Source: Daphnia carinata (taxonomy: Eukaryota). Taken from it: a DNA stretch of 64,000 nt. Shown here piece after piece: positions 1 to 10,762 of this stretch. A model generated the notes under the pieces. The model searched no databases. It worked only from the letters and a program-made list of their open reading frames with translations, and was not told where the DNA came from. Position 1 is the stretch's first letter; each line of letters opens with the position of its first letter. The position numbers and the translations under genes are program-made. Where the stretch lies: positions 7,068,001 to 7,132,000 of the forward strand of contig NC_081333.1 of NCBI RefSeq assembly GCF_022539665.2. Reading direction: 5' to 3'.

Positions 1-1114
1 CGTTGCAGAAGAGAAAATGAACATTGCCGAGAAATATCTAATTCCTCAGGCTAGGCGAGATACTGGAGTCAATGACACCCAAGTTACAATCGAATCCGAT
101 GCGCTGCAAACGCTCATCAAATCCTATTGCCGCGAAAGCGGTGTTCGAAACTTGCAGAAGCAAGTGGAAAAGATCTTTCGTAAAGCTGCTTTCAAGCTTG
201 TCAAAGGAGATGCCGAAACCATCACCGTCGGGCAGCAAAATCTTCAGGAATTTGTTGGAAAGCCCATTTTCACACATGATCGTCTATACGACGTGACTCC
301 ACCTGGTAAAAGAAACCAAATATTTTGTTTGCAAATAATTCGGGAAGGATGTTGACAGCTCTCTTCTATAAATCACTACTAACTTTGAATGCTGATAACG
401 TTATTTCTAGGTGTGGTAATGGGCTTAGCCTGGACAGCCATGGGAGGTTCCACGCTGTACATCGAAACTTCGCTGAAGAGACCGTTACGAACTAAACCCT
501 CGAGAAGATTGGAAGAAAAGGAAGAAAAGGAGGAAGGCGCCCAAGGATCTATTGAGCTGACAGGCAATTTAGGCGATGTTATGAAAGAGTCAGTCCGCAT
601 AGCCTATACGGTAGCTAAAATGTTCGCCTCAAAGGTGCGACCCGATGATCGCTTTTTCGCTGACGCTCAAATCCATGTTCATGTTCCCGAGGTATGTTTC
701 ATTTTATTATGCTTACGAATACCCTAATTTTGCTATTCTAATACAATATGTACTCCGCTAAAGGGCGCAACTCCAAAAGACGGACCGAGTGCTGGTTGCA
801 CCATCGTAACAGCACTTCTTTCTTTGGCCATGGACGAGCCCGTTCGCCAAAATGTTGCCATGACCGGAGAAATATCGTTGACTGGAAAAATTTTGCCTGT
901 AGGTGGCATCAAAGAGAAGGTAATCGCTGCAAAACGAGTGGGCGTTGACTGCATTCTATTGCCCGCTGAGAACCGAAAAGATTATGACGATTTGGCCAGC
1001 TTCATCACCCAAGGGTTGGAAGTTCATTTCGTCGACCACTATAGGGACATTTTTCCAATTGTTTTTCCTCACCTAGCCAACCAGGAGCAAGTCCAGTCAG
1101 TTAGTTCTAGTTAA
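1..1114 (+). CDS. LONP1: Lon protease, mitochondrial type, 3' part; exons <1-305, 411-691, 764-1114
   Basis: AAA+ tail [20 protein letters not shown]; protease domain [32 protein letters not shown] (catalytic Ser) and GGIKEK (catalytic Lys). GT-AG introns 306-410 and 692-763 restore the frame. No C-terminal SKL, which argues against peroxisomal LONP2. Confidence 0.95.
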
Positions 1115-1480
1115 ATGTGCCTCTTATTCTTTTTTTGATTGTAGTATCACATCGAGATTTTCATGTTGAAAATACGAATTTCATTTAACAAATGTAAACT
1201 GATACCAACGAATGTTTATTCACATCTTAGGCAAAGGTAATGATACAAGTAGGTAAATGTAACTCTATTCCACTGGTCGAGGTAGACCCCATCCACCACC
1301 CCATAAAAAACCATAAATTAAGAATTTTGTCGTCTTCCAACGCACATAAGCGATATCAAAAGTAGTCCGTATACATTAGTAATATCTGCAGTAAGCGAAT
1401 AAATGTAAACAGGGATAACATTTGAGATTTCCTCTTTAGAACTTGTGTTTAACAAAGATCGTTCGTGGGATGTAATTCGT

Positions 1481-1841
1481 TCAGTATGACAAGCGAGGAC
1501 AACTCGCATAAAGTTCGGTGCAATTGGCTCCTGAACGGCCCATCAGTGTTGCATCCATGTATGAACTGAATCCACCAGTGTGGCGCGTGTGTAATAGATA
1601 GCTCAGAGGCAAACTGCACGAATACGAAAACGAAAACGTATAGTTAAAAGGTAAATAGATTAGTGTCAATACAAGGAATACCTTGATAGCGAAACGGCCC
1701 ATCCGGCTTGCCCTGGTGCAGCCATAGCCAAGCGATTCATTCGGCATAAGGTCTCCTGAGTGCAGACTGTGTTTTCGAGGGCTGCATCCTGCTCCCATAA
1801 TTCGTGAACCATGCTTAACCAAGTCGGACCGTCCAGCAACA
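1481..1841 (-). CDS. Constant module C: exons 1682-1841 and 1481-1613 encoding a DM4/DM12-like cysteine domain
   Basis: Acceptor tcattgcag|TG (phase 1) reads (V)LLDGPTWLSMVHELWEQDAALENTVCTQETLCRMNRLAMAAPGQAGWAVSLS; 68-nt GT-AG intron 1614-1681; then SLPLSYLLHTRHTGGFSSYMDATLMGRSGANCTELYASCPRLSY*. The CxxxxLC...YxxAxxxGxxGxNCxxxYxxCP pattern resembles DM4/DM12 (PF07841) from recall. 54/96 residues identical, ungapped, to C'. Confidence 0.88.
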
Positions 1842-1943
1842 CTGCAATGAATAATCGGGTATGTGATTATTTGTTATAGACAAAAGGGTTTCGCCACACT
1901 TAGCAATTCACTACTAGATAAAGAGAAACCCCTGGAAGATTAC

Positions 1944-2958
1944 CGTCAGAGAGATCGTTATCATCTATGCTGCGCTTAGCTGCCGGTGCAGCAGTAGTGG
2001 TTGATCTTACGTAGAGAAAGAAAGCCAAAAGACCCAAAAGTCCAACCAAAAGAATAGGCAAAAGTTTGTTTTGTTCCTGACAACAACTATCGTATCCGCC
2101 GTATCCTCCTCCGCCGTATCCACCACCTCCACCGTAGCTGCTACCTCCTCCGTAAGAACTTCCTCCGCCATATCCGCCACCGTAGCTGTCTCCCCCACCA
2201 CCCCCGTAACTATCATAACTTCCATCCCTATCATAAGATCCAGATTTCGTACTGCCCCTTTCTATGGAATCCTGATACCCTGGGCTGGATCCGTATACAT
2301 CATTGTAGCGATCCCTATCCCGATAACTTTCGCTTGGATTTGAAGAAGGTGCATGGTATGAATCGGGATCATGGTAACGCTCATTCAGTCGGTTTCGATC
2401 ATCATCGATGTAAGGTTCTTGGCGATTTCTGTCCATGCTATCGTAGTGATCATTGCGGCGACTGAAAGGACGGGTGTCGAACGAACTCGGCCCCCCAATG
2501 GCTCTGGCTGCGGACTCTTCAGGTAACCCCGTCGCATCATAATCCTCAACTGGTTGGCTGGTCGTTCGCAGTCCGAGGACGCGTGGATCGCTCAAAATAC
2601 GCTTGGCCAATTTGCTAACAACTTTGAGAACATCGCCGCTAACACAATCACCGTTCAAGCAATAACCAGAAAATTCGCTACGTGCCACTCTGAAATTTCG
2701 ACTGTTGACTTCTGAGCCAGTACCAATATCTGACATGGCAAGAAAATCGCCACTTTCAGATCGACGTTCTTCAGTTGTTTCATTTTCGGCTGGCGGCCTA
2801 GACGTGGCTGTGTGGCCGTCGGTCATGGCCAGCATTCGAGCTGAAAGCATGACAACAAACAAGGTAGCCACATATCGATTACAACTGCTTCCTTTCCGCG
2901 ATGTTTTCGACGATGTCACTGTCGTTGATCGAGGCATGTCAAACGGACCGGTTTCCAT
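1944..2958 (-). CDS. Variable first exon V1 (joins C via intron 1842-1943; about 435 aa product)
   Basis: Long ORF: hydrophobic signal-like YVATLFVVMLSARMLA, Asp/Arg/Tyr-rich region, GGYGGG repeats, DSCC, LLPILLVGLLGLLAFFLYV, STTTAAPAAKRS. Donor GAC G|gtaatc is phase 1, in frame with C. Start could be ATG 2958 or 2937. Confidence 0.88.
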
Positions 2959-4478
2959 GGACACCAAGAGTGGTCAGGGATTAAGTGAAGTGTATCTACG
3001 CTCAATGTAAACAATAGGTCTATAATAGCTTCAATATATGAACAAGGCCTTGGCTAACAGCCAGAATGGGCTAACTTAATGACAGGACGACTTGATTTAA
3101 TGTCGACTGACCAACGAAGAAGCTCAATGCTAACTGAAGATGCAAGTGACTCCCTGTCATCGAAAGGGAATGCGGTTATGGTAGGAATCAGCGCTACGAG
3201 GAATGGTGGGCAGTCGGAAACTTGAAAAGAATCCGCCTCCTCGATTGTCAAGTAGGCGTTGCTAAACTTTCGTCCACATCAGAGGAGTTCTTACCCTCCG
3301 GTGCAGGTCGACGACCAGAGTGCTTGGCTGGATCTGCATCATCATCCCGATCCTAGCACCGTATGTTTTCATGACAGCATCAGCCGGATCCCGCACGATA
3401 ATTTTACGGTTCATTACATTTTTTTCAAATTCATTCAACAAAAGTGGAAGACCCGTTAGCTCTTATCTTTACCATTCGTTTGGACTACGCCGCTAGTTTC
3501 GTCGCACAAACTTGGCATGATTTACGATCTCAACCAAAAATCGGACGGAGGCGAATGTTAAGTGTTCCCTGTTCTAAGTTCTTGCACCGTGACAGAATAA
3601 TATTACGACGAGAATGGATGCATAAAAAAACATGTAAATAACATGCTGGCAGTTCGCTTTTATGTTTTCTGTCTTTTCTGCAAATAATTTGATATCGACT
3701 GTTTTAAGACCAGCTTTAGGCACAGAATTCCGTTTTTGCCGGAGGAGTTCAACATTCTGGTCGCAACTGAACACACATGACAAAACGTACTTTCATCCGT
3801 GAAATGATGGGACTTCACACGTTTTCTTTCTTCTGATTCACAAATAAGATCCATAGAAATTCGACATGAACAAGAAAGTTATCGCTACAGAAAACCATAT
3901 TCATATATTCTTAGATCATTTATCGTGCTTGTTAAAGAGATGCCACGACTTGTGCTAGCGTGACTCCCAGGATATTTGTTTTGCGTATACAGCTGACGAC
4001 AAGTGAACAAGCTATTTTTTCAATAGAATTAATTCGCTGGAAAATGCTAACAAGTTTCAAGTGGTTGATGGCGCAAAAAATTTTACTACACTTTTTGTTG
4101 TGTGCTAATGAGGTAATCCCCAGAAGGCACTGAACCTGACAGCGCATAAAAATACTCTAGCTTCAAGACCAGACGAAAAAATTTCAAAGAATACCACAAA
4201 AGACCAGCAGTAATACCACAACATACACGACATTGTGGCAGGTAAATGTCTGAATGTGCAGATTTGGTAACCGTGTGGGAAAGTGATTAAACCTAATAGG
4301 ATAAAACAAAACATGAAAGCGTTATTTCTTGCCCCTCTTCACTGCTGTCGTGAATAACGCTAGTAGTCGTTCCATGCCCATTAAATAAGTGTGCGTGATT
4401 GAATAGATTACAAAATAAAATAAAAGTGTCATTCAAATTGGAACGTCCTATAACTTTCGATTTCTAATTGCTTCCTAC

Positions 4479-4944
4479 CTACATCCTGTTCCATGAGAAG
4501 CTGCTCAAGGGAGAGAAGGTCCTTATTATTCGACCGTTTATTACGTGCTGGTGCGGCTGTTGTGGTACTGAGTAGCTGGATCAGGAACAAAAAGAGGAGG
4601 CCGAGTGAAATGATTGAGATTAGCCCCAAATAGTCGTGTCCTTCATCACAGCATGAGTCATAACCGTAACCACCACTGCTTCCGTAGCCTCCCCCATCTC
4701 GTTCCTTTTTCGGAATAGCGCGTGAAGATGAAACCCAATCAGTTGCAAGCAGTTCAGTTGAACGCTTGATCCGTGGATCACTTCGCAGAATGGCCATCAG
4801 TGGTCGGACAAAGGTCAACATGCGCTTCAGGTCATTTTCAGAGTCCAAACTTTCATGGTCGTCGGTAGCAGCCTGATGGCTCAATGATCCCGTCAGAAGC
4901 AAGAAACAGGTGCCAAGTCTTACAATGGCTTTTAATTTGATCAT
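4479..4944 (-). CDS. Variable first exon V2
   Basis: MIKLKAIVRLGTCFLLLTGSLS signal; LKRMLTFVRPLMAILR; GGYGYDSCC; YLGLISIISLGLLFLFLIQLL; STTTAAPARNKRS. Donor GTA G|gtagga, phase 1 (466 nt = 155 codons + 1). Confidence 0.82.
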
Positions 4945-5937
4945 TGTAACAAAAATCACAAGAGGTGGGATCCAAATATTAAAGCCAATAGCTGGGAAAA
5001 TGATCACAAAGCTCGTGGTTGGTGTCTGATGTGAAGGCAACAACTAAATGCAGAAGACTGGACACTAGCGCTGCAGCGTTCAGTTCACTAAAGAATGGAG
5101 AGGAAACGAGATTGGGAACCCCACGGAACGACAACGGTCGATCACTATCAGGAACCGGACGCTTTGCTAACATCCAGCAGCGAAATACGCCAAGAAGGCT
5201 CCTCCTACTCTGTATCATCTTCGCTCCGCCTCTATCGTGATCTGGCTTTCGAAAGTAAGAACATATTTGAATCTTTTTTTTTTACGTCTAAACATCAGGA
5301 GGAGCAATGAACAAAGAATGGGACACATGCTTTTAGTTTGATAAAAAAAAAAATCATAATTCAGTCCGCCTCAAGCCATAATCTATCTATCAAATTTTGA
5401 ACCAACCGCACGTTTTGGAACTGCCTTTCCAAATCGGTTTGAAGGTTATAAAAGCAAAGTAGCCTTATACCATCAATCAAGTTGAGATGATTTAAAACTC
5501 CTATCACGCCAGTTATGCCTACTTACAACATTGTCTTACTCAACATTTTGTATTTACAAAAGTGAACCAAAAACGGGAGGTGTTATAACAAACTTCCGGG
5601 AAAACCGCACGCACTACACACAAGTCTGAAAATTTCGATTTCAATCCTTTCAGTTACAAAAAATAAAAAAAAAATATCGGAAACGTTCGGTCACGGCCCG
5701 TTTAATGGCCAATGGTTCTCACGAGAGCCCACAACTCGTCATGTTCCATTCACCTGCCGTTTAGCAGATACCATTCGCCGGTGAACAGAGAGGACTTGAA
5801 CTACACGCATGAAATATTGTCAGCCACTAACACTTTTTCCTAAACAAGAGGTAACAAACCGTGATATCGAACAAGGTCGATTCTAACTTTAGCAAACAAC
5901 AAGATTGAGAAAAAATGGAAAGGCAAAAAACTATAAC

Positions 5938-6277
5938 CTTTTTCTGCGTCCTGCCCAAAGTTGTCATCCAGTAGAACGGATCGCTTCCGTTTACCATTAG
6001 CTGCTGTGGTGGTAACGGCGGCGAGGAAAAGAACCAAGAAAAGAACTATGTTGATTACAATCAACGGCAATAGTTTAAGGGTTAAACTCAAACTTGAAAC
6101 TTGATCGTCTTGATACTCGTAATCTTGGTAATCCTGGTAATAAGTTTTGTCCAACCAAGAACCAGAACGTAAATCATCTCCATTTTCGTAGAAAACGTCT
6201 CTCACTAGCTCTACGTTTTGAGCAATCAACAAGATGACGAAGAACACCGACACAAACGCCAACGATGCCTTGTCCAT
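5938..6277 (-). CDS. Variable first exon V3 (divergent; lacks GGYG-CC)
   Basis: MDKASLAFVSVFFVILLIA signal; YQDYQDYEYQD; LLPLIVINIVLFLVLFLAAV; TTTAANGKRKRS. Donor AAA G|gttata is phase 1 but weaker than the others. Confidence 0.72.
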
Positions 6278-7730
6278 TTTGAAAAGAAAAATTGTTTTCA
6301 AATTCACAAACCAGCAAAAACCATTTTGCAAAGCCAACAAATGTAGAATATAATTTTTCTAGACTATCGAGAGGATAACGATTAAAAACAACAAGCCGAC
6401 TAGACTGCCACTTCGATACTGCCAACTAATAACCAAATGAAAGTTTCGCAGCAGTAATCGGTTATAGAGATTGCTACAAGAATCAGACATAGCACCTGGG
6501 AATTGATAATGGAAAACCTGAAATCTCTGGAAACCAGTCGCACAAGAAAAAACATTACCAATAATAACGGGTTGTCACCACAAGCGTGAGTGTTTTCCCT
6601 ATATCTGTGAGTTCTTCGCACTCGTTTGCCGTTTTCCCGCTCCTTGAGATAGGGATCCATATTTATTGTGGGTTTTAATTCTGTGGCCTTTTTTTATTTG
6701 TTTTATTTTAGGCTCTAATAATTTTAGGCTAAAACAATAAAGAATGTCCTTTATACTGAAATGCAAGGGAATTTTCGTTTGTGCTGTACCGATAACAAGA
6801 AACAGAAGCGCTGTAGTTGGGTACTGACAGTATTTGCGAATTAGAACATTTTTACTATTTTAAAGGAGATGGATGACTTTCTCTAAATGGTTTTTCTAGA
6901 AAAATTATTGATTACCAAAAATTAAACACTTAAAAATGAACTGTTAATTCGTTTAGTCAAAGGCACAAGAATCACACTAAGCGATATCTAGATTTTGTGT
7001 GTGTGTGTGGCGAGACGTTACGCAAATAGTTAACACTACAAAATAAAAATCCAAATCCTGGCACAGGGGGAAGCGTTCTAGTGACTGAACAACGTCAGCT
7101 CTATGGTTGGTTGCCGCCGAGATAAAATGTCATTTTACGGTGCGTTGCTTTTTATGAGTTTCCTTTCTGTTACGATTTTATTTTGAAATTTTCTCTTAAT
7201 CTGCCAGGTTGCGCAAAAATAACTTCCCCGAAAACGCAAACATCGTAGAGAAGTAAAAAATGTGAAGAAGAATAACGCGGAAAGTACGACCGCCTCTCCT
7301 TTGTAACGCTGTGTTTACGTTTAACATTTATGACATAGAAAGTGGCAACGGTCGGCGATTTTATAGCGGCATATTAGGTAACTTGGTAATAGTATACGAA
7401 CAAAAAAGATGTCATCGCAAGCAGCTCAATAAATCGCTTTGCTTAATAACCGAAAAATAACTAAAGCTTTTCATAATTTATGATTGCTTCATCTATTATG
7501 GCACTACCATGCAAAGAATAGCAAATGAAGTTCCCAATCGCTCTTAAGTATAGCCTACCACAGAGAAACGTCTAGTTTTGTAGTTGGATGGCAATATTGG
7601 CCAATCTGTTGAAAGAAAAAACCGGTTTTTTCTATATTCTAATTTAATCAACCGACTGTAACTGGCAATATGGGAAGTCCGCACGCAACTGCATTTCTTA
7701 GCCTACTCTAAATAATTGTTGACAGCATGT

Positions 7731-7753
7731 CTTATTATTATTATTATTATTAT
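7731..7753. repeat. (TTA)n microsatellite
   Basis: About 7 TTA/TAT units. Confidence 0.85.
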
Positions 7754-7940
7754 TTTTCTAATTCATTAACACGTCGCCGGCTGCAAAACGTTACACGTCC
7801 ATCCTTCATAGCTCCTTTGACAGCTCAGCCATGGGGGATGCCTTTAAGATTCACAATCGCGAAGGAACAATTTTCTGAAACTAGTTGGCAGCTCGTCACA
7901 GCGATATGCATAAAAGCTTAATTCCCCTTTGTTATCTTAC

Positions 7941-8454
7941 CACTGAATTGACTAGATGGATTGCCGATCCAGTTGTCGTCGACAGTCGAATCACTGACTG
8001 TTTCAGGAGAATACCTTTTACGACGTCCACCGCCACCACCACCGCCACCGCCATTGCCATTATTTCCATTGTTAGCACTTGTCGTTGTCGCAATGTACGA
8101 GAAAAATAGCAAATAGAGCAACGCGGATGACAGCAAGGACAGCAAACCCAAAATGTCAAAATTATTTCCACAACATCCTCCTCCACCGTAGCCTCCACCG
8201 TAGCCTCCCCCATAGCCACCGTTCCGACTAATGGGTTGACCAGCTTCACTCTCACGGCGTCGTAAAATAGACATGAATGGCCTCGTTTGCCTTAAAATAA
8301 CTTCAAGTTCACGTTCAGAGTCTAAACGGTCACTGGGCTCTCGATAATTTCGCCATCTGTGATCTCCGGAGGCTTCACTCCAGGTTGAACGACGGAGCTG
8401 AGCCAGTAACAAAGTGAGAACCAGCGGCAACCTCATATAAGTGGGTCTAACCAT
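7941..8454 (-). CDS. Variable first exon V4
   Basis: MVRPTYMRLPLVLTLLLAQL signal; ELEVILRQTRPFMSILRR; GGYGGGYGGGYGGGGCC; ILGLLSLLSSALLYLLFFSYIA; TTTSA..GGGGRRKRYS. Donor AGT G|gtaaga, phase 1. Confidence 0.83.
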
Positions 8455-9116
8455 TTGTAACGCCGACAGCAAATGCAACTCACGGAAGAATATTTGAGTA
8501 TCGAACTAAATTTGATAAGGAAATTCGTCGAGGCCGACGAAGAGCAAACTCTAACACGAAGCCAATGGAGTACCGAACTGAACTGCAATGCTGGGACAAG
8601 ACTAGTTCATTATTAACTGCTGAGATGGGCAAGATCGTGATATGGGAATTCAAAGAAAACCGCTTGTCCAGTTGCTTGACTAATCCACAAATAGAGCTAT
8701 GCCTGGTTTGTGTAAATATGACTCGTCAACATGCGACAAAACAAGTGTGATGTAATAGCGGAGTGCCAGGTGTTTTCGACCAGGTTAAACCGCATATCTC
8801 ACGTTCCCAAAAACCTGGCGTGCAAGAGAGTTGCAAATCAAGTGAAATTTGTCGCTTGTCGCACGACAAATAAGGATTTAAAAAATGAAGTGATTTAGTG
8901 GTTAACTGCAACAGGTGGTTAGTTAACCATCTATACATTATAGCTGTTACGCGAGCTTGCATAGAGTAAGAATGGGTGCCTTCGTGCGGTACCAGAATCA
9001 AAATAAAGAAACATTTCAGCAGATGCGCTTTACAATACAACTGAAACTCTTGTATGGCACCAGGTGTGTGTCAACCATTACAAGTTTCCCATTGATAAAT
9101 TACAACGTCACCTTAC

Positions 9117-9687
9117 CAATATTTTCATCATCCGTCAAGATCCAGTTGCCTTCGTCTTCGTTTTCCTCAGCGGAGCGTTTCTTGAACCGAACAGCCGGTG
9201 CTGCTGTCGTCGTGCTGGCAATGACGATCAGGTAAAGCAAAAGACCAGCCAGACCAAGAAGAGCTAACAGAGGGAGAAGATCGTCCTTTTGCTGGCAGCA
9301 GTACCCTCCGCCACCACCATAGCCATTGCGATCGAAACTATCACGATCGAAGCTATTTCGGTCGTAATCGAAGTCGTTGTAAGATAAATCGTAGTATTTG
9401 CGTTTGTTTTTACGAACTGAACGAGCCGAAAACTCGTCGGAGCTTGTTGGATTTCTTCTTAAGATTGCCATCAAGGGAGCGACGTAATTCAACATCCGTT
9501 TCAGTTGTCCTTCCGATTCCAGCTCATCGTCAATGTTCGTTTCAACTTCCGCACTGTTGATACCGTTTTTGCCTTCCGGTTGATGTTCAGTCTCGGCTGC
9601 GTCAACCACACTATTTTGCGAGCCCGTATGAGAAATGATGACCAGAGAACACAACAGGCCAGCCAAAAAAATTACAAATTTCTTCAT
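9117..9687 (-). CDS. Variable first exon V5
   Basis: MKKFVIFLAGLLCSLVIIS signal; QLKRMLNYVAPLMAILRR; GYGGGGGYCC; KDDLLPLLALLGLAGLLLYLIVIA; STTTAAPAVRFKKRS. Donor ATT G|gtaagg, phase 1. Confidence 0.87.
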
Positions 9688-9781
9688 TTTCGTGTTTCAG
9701 AGAAAACCGCAACTTCTAAACGTTTGTTTTGTTTTTGCCTGGTCCTGCAAGAGGAATTTACGCAATAGTTACTTCTACTTG

Positions 9782-9787
9782 AACTGA
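9782..9787 (-). promoter_or_regulatory. Arthropod initiator-like TCAGTT upstream of V5 (similar hexamers precede the other V exons)
   Basis: Plus-strand aactga at 3132, 8576, 9782, 10780, 16631 and 19772; aactaa (TTAGTT) at 5042 and 6424. All lie within about 20-180 nt upstream of a V start codon. Short motif, so chance matches are possible. Confidence 0.4.
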
Positions 9788-10260
9788 TGTTGTATTGACG
9801 AGAGAGAACCGACGTTGCAATCGTCCAGCTACGGAATGAAGACCAACACATTTTTCTGCCATGGCCAGCTTTGCAGATACACTAGACAATTACCGACAAG
9901 CCCCGTAACGGGTTTTCTTCTCGTCTACAGCGGTATCCACTGAACGACTCCGCCTCTCTCTATGGCTTGTGCCCGCTCTTGTCCCTATCAGGATGTGAGT
10001 GTCGAATGTAGGAAGCGATTTCGTTGTTGCGTGTTTCAAATCTTCAGTCATTGTACAACAGAAACCGTATCATCATACGTACTAACGTTGCAACATTCGT
10101 AACACAAAACAAAGAAATAGAAACACCTGTCAGGAGGCGAAATTCACGCTCCGAAGACAACATGCCTGACGATTTATTTCGAGAGCTATTGGCGATGATG
10201 AATCAAGGGAAGGAAAAAGAGACTTTGGACTGATGAATAACTCGTCCAAAACTGACTTAC

Positions 10261-10762
10261 TTTGTTCCTCTTCTTCTGATGTGGCGACCATGCGACGACG
10301 GCGACCGCTGGTTACTGTCGCGTTGAGCAGGAATAGAAGCAAATAGGAGACAGCCACCAGGACGAATCCGGGAACGACGGTGTGAAAGTCTAGTTTGTCG
10401 CAGCATCCTTCATAACCACCTGATGAGCTTTCTCCTCCGTACGAAGACCGAGTATAGCTGCTAATCATCGATCTTAGGTTTTGCATGCGCAGCCTGAAAT
10501 CCTCTCCCATCCGGCTGATTTGATCCATGCCGTACGATGATGGTCGCTGAGGTCTAGGACCGTACGGTCTGTCGTATTTTTTATTGAAAACGTTCTCGTT
10601 GTATTGGTCAAATTCGTCCAGCTCGCGTTCTTGAGGATCTGAAGATTCGTAGTAGCGCTGGGATGGATATTGTAGATCCATTTGGCCGTGGATCACGATG
10701 ACAACAACCGTCAATAACCACCAGAAGAGGATTAGGCTTCGAGGGCCAGTGTTGAATTTCAT
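10261..10762 (-). CDS. Variable first exon V6
   Basis: MKFNTGPRSLILFWWLLTVVVIVIHG signal; FRLRMQNLRSMI; GGYEGCC; VVPGFVLVAVSYLLLFLL; NATVTSGRRRR. Donor CAA A|gtaagt, phase 1, perfect consensus. Confidence 0.83.

Noticed and set aside
1481..1822. 113-aa ORF from the track taken as a gene
   Set aside because: It runs through the 68-nt intron; its first half is the wrong frame of exon 1682-1841.
4105..4314. Possible private terminal exon for V2 (ctattag|GTTTAATC, phase compatible)
   Set aside because: Translation GLITFPHGYQIC... has no similarity to C or C'. It cannot be fully excluded without RNA data.
7616..7630. AAAAACCGGTTTTT palindrome (Grainyhead-like AACCGGTT)
   Set aside because: A single short motif; it would fit epidermal or cuticle expression but is insufficient alone.
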